From IMG/VR virus record IMGVR_UViG_3300010430_000045, positions 1 to 57,062 of that record: 57,062 bases of DNA; one strand, given 5' to 3'. Shown here in pieces: positions 51,071 to 57,062 of the stretch. Within the stretch, counting starts at the first letter, position 1. Every line of letters begins with the position of its first letter. Position numbers and translations under genes: made by a program. The notes below the pieces were generated by a model. The model made no database searches and was not told where the DNA came from. It saw only the letters and a program-made list of their open reading frames with translations. The stretch comes from a virus.

Positions 51071-52290
51071 TGGTCATGATGTCCAGGGCGTTCTACCGAC
51101 GGCCTTTGCCGACGGTGGACAATCGCGAGACGGTTCCGATGTGGGTGCCCGAGTACACCCCGGGCGAGTGCGATGCTCTCGCTGACGACCACGTCTCGGC
51201 GGGTGTCCTCGACCTCTCCGCCGCTTGCACGGCAGCCGGGGTGAATGGGGTGCTTGGGTTCACGGGTGCGACCGAGTACATCCTCGACCGCATGGCGGCG
51301 ACCCTCTCCGGCCAAACCTTGACCTCGGTTGGATCCAACGACCGAGCCATCGTCAAGCGCATCGACACTCCGACGACGACCCTCTCGGTGGCAGCCAGCA
51401 TCACTGACACCAGCATCTCGGTTGTCGATTCGAGCGTGTTCAAAGTCGGCCAGTACATCTCGCCCGTTGACGGTAGTGGCGATGGTGACCGTGACGCGCT
51501 GCACCAGATCACCGACATCACTGGGCCGGTCATCACGTTCGGCAACGGGCTCGACAAAGGGTACCTGATCGGCGACTCGGTCGTGCTCAGCAACCCGATG
51601 ATCAAGCTGACCACCGACAACGACATCGCTGGCTTGCTGATCGATGGCAACACAGCAAACAACTCGCTCTTCAGGGCGTGGGAGCGGCACTACAGCCTGT
51701 GGGTCCAGACACTCCTGACCGGCATCGTCATCCGGAATAATCACTTCCGGAACGGCCAGGCCGACGACATCAACATGCACGGCACGGGCACGCACATCCG
51801 AGACAACTTCTCGTTCGATTGCTCGTCCGCGCTGATCCACTTCAGCGGTGCTGACGGTACCCGTGTCTACCGGAACACGATCGTTCGCTCGAACCAGGAC
51901 GCCGCGCAGGTCCAGCACTCGGAAGCGGCCGTCGTGTGGAGTCAGGGCAACACTGACATCGAAGTCTACGAGAACGTCATCATCGATGGCCTCGCCGACG
52001 CGTTCGGGAACATCAACTGCGGGGACGTCGGCAACGAGGGTCACAGCATCCACGAAAACCTGGCGTTCAACGTGGCCCGGTTCTTCTACGCCTACGGCAC
52101 GAGCACCGCGACCGATCCGGACATCGACATTCGAGACAACGTCGGCATCGGCCTGACCGATGACTTGTCCGTTGAGGTCCTGTCGGGCGTTGACAATGTG
52201 ACCGTCGAGGACAATGTTTTCGACAAGCCGATCTCTCTCGAAGGACCAGGCAACGTAGCCAACAGGAACTACAGCAGGTATCCACAATGA
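51070..52290 (+). CDS. Right-handed beta-helix (pectate-lyase-fold) tailspike / depolymerase-like protein
   Basis: Track ORF of 406 aa with a TGATG overlap. The coil signatures are periodic: IVIRNNHFRNGQADDI, HIRDNFSF, RVYRNTIVRS, EVYENVIIDG, SIHENLAFN, DIRDNVGIG and TVEDNVFDK. Confidence 0.6.
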   Translation: MVMMSRAFYRRPLPTVDNRETVPMWVPEYTPGECDALADDHVSAGVLDLSAACTAAGVNGVLGFTGATEYILDRMAATLSGQTLTSVGSNDRAIVKRIDTPTTTLSVAASITDTSISVVDSSVFKVGQYISPVDGSGDGDRDALHQITDITGPVITFGNGLDKGYLIGDSVVLSNPMIKLTTDNDIAGLLIDGNTANNSLFRAWERHYSLWVQTLLTGIVIRNNHFRNGQADDINMHGTGTHIRDNFSFDCSSALIHFSGADGTRVYRNTIVRSNQDAAQVQHSEAAVVWSQGNTDIEVYENVIIDGLADAFGNINCGDVGNEGHSIHENLAFNVARFFYAYGTSTATDPDIDIRDNVGIGLTDDLSVEVLSGVDNVTVEDNVFDKPISLEGPGNVANRNYSRYPQ

Positions 52291-53021
52291 CTGCACAAAC
52301 ACTCTCAGGCGTTGACCGCGGCGTCACGAAATTCGGTCAGAACACCGACATCGACACTGGCACAGCCGAGGATGTTTGGACCGGGCCAACCGCTACGTTG
52401 GTACCGCCGACCCAGGCACGCATCCACTCGCTTGCCTCCACCGACAACGTGGACGACAAGGCTGGTGGCGATGGGGCGCTGACGGTCGAGGTGCAATACC
52501 TCGACACGGACTGGCTCGAGGCTACCGAGGTTGTCACACTCGACGGAACCACTCCGGTCGCGATGACCGGTGCAGCGGTGTTCATCAACCGCATGTTCGT
52601 CAAGACTGCTGGCGCCAACGGCATCAACACTGGTGTCATTTCGGCGACGGCCGCGGTCGATGCCACGGTCAGCTCGACCATTCCGGCTGGCGAGGGGCAA
52701 ACCCAGCAGGCGGTCTACGCCATCCCCGCGAACAAACATGGGCTGGTGTGCGGGCTCTATTGCTCAGTCAACCCCGGCTCTCCAGCTGGTGTTTACGGCA
52801 CGGTAAAGTTCATCGCACGGGCGGACGCCGACACGGCCAACGCCGTCGATTTGGTCAAGCGCATCGATGGCGTCAGCGACAGCGCGCCACTTCAGGTCGA
52901 CATCGGCAGCGGTTTGCTCAACCGCTACGAGGGTAAGACCATTCTCCGTTTGCGCGTGTCGGTCTCGGCCAACAATACGAGCGTGAGCGGCGGCTTCGAT
53001 GTCGTCCTTCGGAACACCTGA
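52287..53021 (+). CDS. Hypothetical virion/fibre-region protein
   Basis: Track ORF of 244 aa with an ATGA overlap. Confidence 0.5.
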   Translation: MTAQTLSGVDRGVTKFGQNTDIDTGTAEDVWTGPTATLVPPTQARIHSLASTDNVDDKAGGDGALTVEVQYLDTDWLEATEVVTLDGTTPVAMTGAAVFINRMFVKTAGANGINTGVISATAAVDATVSSTIPAGEGQTQQAVYAIPANKHGLVCGLYCSVNPGSPAGVYGTVKFIARADADTANAVDLVKRIDGVSDSAPLQVDIGSGLLNRYEGKTILRLRVSVSANNTSVSGGFDVVLRNT

Positions 53022-53030
53022 GGTAAGCCC

Positions 53031-53750
53031 ATGGGCGCCGCCCGCCTCGACCTGACAAAGAAGAACGGCCTGGAGATCAACCAGGGCTACGACTATGGGC
53101 CGGTCCGGTTCAAGGTCCGAGAGTCCGACTTCGAGCAGCTCACCCTGGAGATCGATACCGTGGGTGCTGTCGGCGATGTGTTCTCGCTCGTGCTCTTCGG
53201 GTCGAACTCGGACCGCCCAGAGGTCATCACGACCTTGACGCACACGGTCACCTCCACCGACACCGCGGCCACGATTGCTGAGGATTTTGTCGAGCAGCTC
53301 AACGAGCTCGTTGTCGAGTACGACATCCCGTCCGGTGGCACGGACGTGTATCGCTTCACTGCCACGAGGGCAGCTGGTGTCGTCACCTTCTCGCCTGACG
53401 AGGTGGGTTTTCACCTCGACGCCACGGAGTCTACAACGGGCACGGCAGCGGCCACCCTGACGGTTGTTGTCGAAGTGCTCGTGGACCTCACGGGGGCTAC
53501 GGTCGAGGCCAGTGGGAAGCTCGAGGCAAGCGATACGACCAAGCTGTTCTTTTGGTCGAACGATCCCGGCTCCGAGTTCAGCCTCGCTGATGCCCTCCGT
53601 GGGGTCATCGACCTCGACGTTCCAGCGGCGACGACGGCCACGTACGAATGGGACGCATGCTCCTGGGAGATGTCCGTCGAGACTCCAACCGACTCCCGCA
53701 AGCGGATCTACTTCACGGGCTGCGCCGAGAACCGACTGACGTTGCAATGA
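53031..53750 (+). CDS. Hypothetical virion/fibre-region protein
   Basis: Track ORF of 239 aa with GAGGTAA upstream. Confidence 0.5.
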   Translation: MGAARLDLTKKNGLEINQGYDYGPVRFKVRESDFEQLTLEIDTVGAVGDVFSLVLFGSNSDRPEVITTLTHTVTSTDTAATIAEDFVEQLNELVVEYDIPSGGTDVYRFTATRAAGVVTFSPDEVGFHLDATESTTGTAAATLTVVVEVLVDLTGATVEASGKLEASDTTKLFFWSNDPGSEFSLADALRGVIDLDVPAATTATYEWDACSWEMSVETPTDSRKRIYFTGCAENRLTLQ

Positions 53751-54139
53751 CGAGGATCCACATCGAGATCGAGAATGACGATCTGGTCGTCCGTGAAGGC
53801 GGCCCGTCGGTCTCGCCCATCCCGATCCCACCGGACTCGCTCAAGACCGAGGAGACGTTGCACTCGTCCATGCAGCTGCTCGGCGCCGATGATCATACCC
53901 AGTACATCCTGCACGACGACGTCCCGGAAGCCACGGGTCGGGTCGAGCGCACCGGCGACGTCTCGGGGTCGGAGACGTACCGCGCCATCAAGGACAACGA
54001 GACCACGAGCGATCCCGGCTCGACGGACGACTCCTCGAAGGGCTACACTGTTGGCAGCCGATGGACGAACACGGCCACACCGAAGCTGTTTGTTTGCCTC
54101 GACGCATCCGTTGGCGCCGCTGTCTGGAAGGGTCACTAG
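53747..54139 (+). CDS. Short receptor-binding-type protein with the HxQY module (paralog A)
   Basis: This is the tail of track ORF 53648..54139. The ATG at 53747 forms an ATGA overlap. It shares LLGADDHTQYILHDDV...VERTG...YRAIK...GYTVGSRWTNTATPKLFVCLDASVGAAVW with the N-terminus of the next gene. Confidence 0.55.
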   Translation: MTRIHIEIENDDLVVREGGPSVSPIPIPPDSLKTEETLHSSMQLLGADDHTQYILHDDVPEATGRVERTGDVSGSETYRAIKDNETTSDPGSTDDSSKGYTVGSRWTNTATPKLFVCLDASVGAAVWKGH

Positions 54140-54141
54140 TC

Positions 54142-55323
54142 ATGAGCACGACGAGAATCATCACCCAGCGCTCCGGCATTATCACTCGCGCTGGGCAGCG
54201 CACCGACGCGCGCATCGTCCGTCTCGGACTCACCCGCTCGAACGTTGGGGGCGTGTCCGTCCATGGCTTGCTGGGCGGACTCGATGCCGACGACCATCCA
54301 CAGTACGTCCTGCACGACGACATCAGCGGCGCCATCGGCATCGTCGAGAAGACGGGTGTCGGAACGTACGGCGTGATCAAGACCCTGTATTCGCAAGGTG
54401 TCGCCCCCACCGTCAACGATGATAGCGACTCGGACTTCGGCGTTGGCTCAACGTGGTTCACGACTGCACCAGCTGGGTACATTTGCGTGGACGCCTCGGT
54501 GGGCGCAGCGGTCTGGGTTCGCATCGGTGGCACGTTCACTGAGTACGCCACCTTGCGAGCCTTCTGGGCAGCGCTCCCCGGCCTCTCACCTGGAGACGCC
54601 TGGGGCATTGCCACCCCGAAGCGAGCTGGCGTCATCGACATCTACGGCCACCCGTGCCCCCACCCGTACGTCTCGAAAGGGGGCGAAGGCGTCGCGGTCA
54701 ACGATACCAATTTCCTGAAGGGTCTCGTCGCGGATGGCGACATCGCCGACATTGCTGGCACATCCGTGCTGGCAGCCAACGGCCTGACCATCTCGGGCTC
54801 GTTCGACCACGTCCGCTTCCCGTTCCCGATCAGGCGCCCCCACGTCCTCGGGGTGGCGTTCATCATGGATACCTATTCGAATGCGAATATCCGCATCATG
54901 GGATCCCGCGTCGCGTCCGACACGAACAAGGCCACCATCGGCGCACAGATCGGCTCGGCGAATCGCATCCAGGCGTTCCGGTTCGACGGCGGTTCGCAAT
55001 CGTTCTTCAGCTTCGGCAGCACGGGCGGCTACACCGCTTGGAAGACGGCAGCCGACGAGGCGTTCCTGTACGCCAAGCTTCGCCCACCCCTGACGGCTGG
55101 CACCGTCGTGCCTGGAGCCGGTCTCGCAGGCTTCGGCAAATACAAGGGTCTCGGCACAGCGGGTCAGCCGGTGCTGTCGGTGGGCTCGGGTGTCGGGCCG
55201 GCCGCATGGGACTGGTCATCAATCAGCGATGACGAATGCACCCAGATTGAAGTCGTCCTGGTCTCGACCGGTACCCTACGGGTCACCAGGATCTGGGCGA
55301 CCGAACATGCGGGGATGCTATGA
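54142..55323 (+). CDS. Receptor-binding-type protein with the HxQY module (paralog B, long form)
   Basis: Track ORF 54061..55323(+). The ATG at 54142 (MSTTRIITQRSG...) is used. It contains LLGGLDADDHPQYVLHDDISGAIGIVEKTGVGTYGVIK...GVGSTWFTTAPAGYICVDASVGAAVW, followed by a unique ~270-aa C-terminal domain. Confidence 0.6.
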   Translation: MSTTRIITQRSGIITRAGQRTDARIVRLGLTRSNVGGVSVHGLLGGLDADDHPQYVLHDDISGAIGIVEKTGVGTYGVIKTLYSQGVAPTVNDDSDSDFGVGSTWFTTAPAGYICVDASVGAAVWVRIGGTFTEYATLRAFWAALPGLSPGDAWGIATPKRAGVIDIYGHPCPHPYVSKGGEGVAVNDTNFLKGLVADGDIADIAGTSVLAANGLTISGSFDHVRFPFPIRRPHVLGVAFIMDTYSNANIRIMGSRVASDTNKATIGAQIGSANRIQAFRFDGGSQSFFSFGSTGGYTAWKTAADEAFLYAKLRPPLTAGTVVPGAGLAGFGKYKGLGTAGQPVLSVGSGVGPAAWDWSSISDDECTQIEVVLVSTGTLRVTRIWATEHAGML

Positions 55324-55661
55324 GCGAGCGCGAAGTCGTCTTCAGCAGCCGGGTCGTGACCAACGAAACGATCACCGAATACATGCCCGACGACATCCCG
55401 TTGCGACGTGCGATCGTGCGCGTGGTCCGCAACCTCGCAAGGCGAGATGACCTGGGCCGCTTGCTGAGAGTCGAAGTAGACGGTACCGTTGTCGCGTGGC
55501 TCGGTGCCCCGTCGAAGGTGCCAGCCGGAGCGCACCCGAAGGCTGTGCTATTTGGCCAACGCATCCGAGCCCATCTCGACCAGCGACTACCACCGAACAT
55601 TCGAGGCGAGCGCCTACTCCCTGACGGCGTGCCCGAGATGACTGAGGACGACTTCACATGA
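55320..55661 (+). CDS. Hypothetical protein
   Basis: Track ORF of 113 aa with an ATGA overlap. Confidence 0.5.
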   Translation: MSEREVVFSSRVVTNETITEYMPDDIPLRRAIVRVVRNLARRDDLGRLLRVEVDGTVVAWLGAPSKVPAGAHPKAVLFGQRIRAHLDQRLPPNIRGERLLPDGVPEMTEDDFT

Positions 55662-56215
55662 GCCCGCCGCCTGACAACGAAGAGACCGGAGGCACGAACC
55701 CGATGCCCATGTTGCCGAATGACCCCAACGCACAACCACCGAGGCCGTTGTCCCCGGTCGGGTTCCTCGACATCCTCCGCGATAGCCGTGTGCTCGCTCT
55801 CCTCCTGACGGCGCTGTTCGGTGGGCCAGCTGTGACCGGGACGGTGCTCTCGTACAACGGTGACGCCCAGAACGCACCCATCACGGAAGCGCTCGACGAG
55901 CAGAAGTCCACCGACGAGCGCATCCTCGAGAAGCTGGACGACCACAACGCCAAGCTCGGCGAGGTGGACAACCGTGTCAGCGATATCGTCACCGAGCAAC
56001 GGGCCATCAAGGTCAGCATCAACGGCGACCCGACGAGCGTGAACAAGCCAGGGATCAAAGGGCTGCTCAGGCAACATGAGCGAAAGCTGAACTCGCTCCG
56101 CAAGGACGTGATCCAGATCAAGAAGCGAGACGGCGCACGGGACGACGAAACGGGCATGTCGAAGAAGCTCGACAGGACCGCGCCGCTGGAGCGAGACGAG
56201 GTCTGGGACCCGTAA
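55658..56215 (+). CDS. Type-II membrane protein with an extracytoplasmic coiled coil (possible lysis accessory protein)
   Basis: Track ORF of 185 aa with an ATGA overlap. It has a Pro-rich N-terminus, one TM helix (VLALLLTALFGGPAVTGTVL) and then a coiled coil (DERILEKLDDHNAKLGEVDNRVSDIVTEQRAIK...). Confidence 0.5.
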   Translation: MSPPPDNEETGGTNPMPMLPNDPNAQPPRPLSPVGFLDILRDSRVLALLLTALFGGPAVTGTVLSYNGDAQNAPITEALDEQKSTDERILEKLDDHNAKLGEVDNRVSDIVTEQRAIKVSINGDPTSVNKPGIKGLLRQHERKLNSLRKDVIQIKKRDGARDDETGMSKKLDRTAPLERDEVWDP

Positions 56216-56260
56216 CCCCTTGCCATTGCTCTGAAATCCTGCCACGCTTTGGTAAACCAA

Positions 56261-56270
56261 GGGGGGGGGG
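56261..56270 (+). repeat. G10 homopolymer tract
   Basis: In ccaaGGGGGGGGGGcaggaggcagtATG, the tract ends 2 nt before the AGGAGG SD of the last rightward gene. Confidence 0.9.
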
Positions 56271-56281
56271 CAGGAGGCAGT

Positions 56282-56635
56282 ATGTTCTACGAAGTAGAAG
56301 GGCAATGCTCCGTCGCCGCCGTTCTGGACGGCGACTCCGATCTCACGTTCAACCTACCACTCGGACCCTGGACAGTGCGCATGCCGACGGCGCTGTTCGA
56401 GGGTTCCCACATGGCCGCCGAGTGGTCGCTACGATTCCACCATACCGACCCAGAAGCGGACATCTTCAAGCGCCTCGATGTTGAGCACTTGAACAGGGAC
56501 GCGAACGACTACCTGTGTGTGCGATTCTGCGGGTGTGCCGACGACCTGATCATGGTCCCGACCGAGGCTGAGGTTATGGTCGACTTCGCCCATGGCTTCG
56601 AGGAAGCTGTGTGGCTGGAGTTCGTCGAGATGTAA
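56282..56635 (+). CDS. Hypothetical protein, last rightward gene
   Basis: Track ORF 56249..56635(+). The ATG at 56282 has AGGAGG 5 nt upstream. It begins MFYEVEGQCSVAAVLDG... Confidence 0.55.
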   Translation: MFYEVEGQCSVAAVLDGDSDLTFNLPLGPWTVRMPTALFEGSHMAAEWSLRFHHTDPEADIFKRLDVEHLNRDANDYLCVRFCGCADDLIMVPTEAEVMVDFAHGFEEAVWLEFVEM

Positions 56636-56641
56636 AGCGAA

Positions 56642-56674
56642 ATGCCCCTGTCCACCGAAGCGGAGCAGGGGCAT
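56642..56674. terminator. Bidirectional terminator hairpin between the convergent operons
   Basis: ATGCCCCTG (56642-50) pairs with CAGGGGCAT (56666-74), and further inner pairs close around a CGAA loop. The minus-strand side is followed by TTCGCTTT. The plus-strand side lacks a U-tract. Confidence 0.6.
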
Positions 56675-56710
56675 ACCCGATGCTGAAGGAGGACAAAGGG
56701 TGAGGCCACG

Positions 56711-57061
56711 CTACAGGTGGAGCCCTGACGTGTCAACCAGCATCGGGACGGTGAGCGTGACGCTCTTGAGCTGGCGCTTTATGCGTTTCATCTCCCGCAA
56801 CGAGAACCCGGCACGGCAGATATTTCCTGAGGCGTAGCACGCCCAGGCGTTCTCCTCCGGACGAGCTCTGCGCCAGCGGTCAAGGGCAATCGCCATCGCC
56901 CGGACTCCACCCTCCGGCGTCGCCACCTCGGCATTCGACATCCCGACGTACCTCGCCAGGACTTGACCCGGACCTCGTTCACCGAGCTTCCCGACCACAT
57001 CGCACCGAGCTCGGGACTCCCTGACCACAACGGCCGCGAAGTCCCACGGATCGAATCCGTA
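56711..57061 (-). CDS. Lytic transglycosylase (SLT domain), C-terminal part of the seam-spanning gene (the repeat duplicates 56940-57061 of it)
   Basis: Track ORF 56711..57028(-) starts at an internal GTG only because the window ends there. The frame stays open to the window edge and continues into 124..230 after circularisation. It contains VVRESRARCDVVGKLGERGPGQVLARYVG...GGVRAMAIAL...AWACYASGN. Confidence 0.7.
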   Translation of the reverse strand, partial: YGFDPWDFAAVVVRESRARCDVVGKLGERGPGQVLARYVGMSNAEVATPEGGVRAMAIALDRWRRARPEENAWACYASGNICRAGFSLREMKRIKRQLKSVTLTVPMLVDTSGLHL

Positions 57062-57062
57062 C
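56940..57062. repeat. Terminal direct repeat, copy B (identical to 1..123)
   Basis: See copy A. Both copies run to the window edges, so the true repeat length cannot be bounded from one side. Confidence 0.95.

Noticed and set aside
1-57062. CRISPR arrays, integrase or lysogeny modules, toxin-antitoxin pairs and retron/DGR reverse transcriptases
   Set aside because: I saw no regularly spaced repeat-spacer arrays. No ORF shows tyrosine or serine recombinase, repressor-Cro switch or reverse-transcriptase (YxDD) motifs in any frame. The element looks strictly lytic or non-integrative from sequence alone.

Overview
This window looks like a complete, or terminally redundant, genome of a high-GC tailed phage with a contractile tail. 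Nt 1-123 are identical to nt 56940-57062, so the unique unit is 56,939 bp and the window closes on itself.

Two transcription units diverge from an AT-rich, repeat-laden control region at about 14.8-15.3 kb. They converge on a strong hairpin at 56642-56674.

(1) The leftward unit runs from 14807 down to 1 and continues across the seam to 56711. In order it encodes:
- two large orphan proteins;
- a MoxR-type AAA+ ATPase and a WGR-fused VWA protein;
- an HTH protein and a DnaJ-type zinc-finger protein;
- an N6-adenine methyltransferase;
- a Cas4/RecB-like Fe-S exonuclease, a Sak4-like ATPase and an SSB;
- a replication-organiser-like protein, a gp4-type primase-helicase and a Myb/SANT-like protein;
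- small membrane proteins and RusA;
- a signal-peptide SLT transglycosylase that becomes visible only after circularisation.

(2) The rightward unit opens with a four-gene cassette: ParB-like nuclease, GT-A-like transferase, UDP-xylose-synthase-like SDR and B12-binding radical SAM enzyme. This cassette is my top candidate for an undescribed sugar-based modification system. It is followed by:
- a block of small, translationally coupled, Cys-rich ORFs that includes Gp37/Gp68 (DUF5131)-like, DUF2829-like and CsrA-like proteins;
- an amidase endolysin, TerL, the portal and a MuF protein with an HExxH C-terminal extension;
- the prohead protease and an HK97-type capsid protein;
- two paralogous post-capsid genes and connector proteins;
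- sheath and tube proteins, a tail chaperone with a -1 frameshift signal, and the tape measure;
- baseplate proteins and a long fibre, tailspike and receptor-binding region.

I found no tRNA, rRNA, CRISPR array, integrase, transposase or DNA polymerase. Many long ORFs in the six-frame track are antisense artefacts of the high GC content. Start codons were chosen by Shine-Dalgarno spacing and by ATGA/GTGA/TGATG coupling. The track translates GTG and TTG starts as M. All family assignments are motif-level readings by eye, not database searches.
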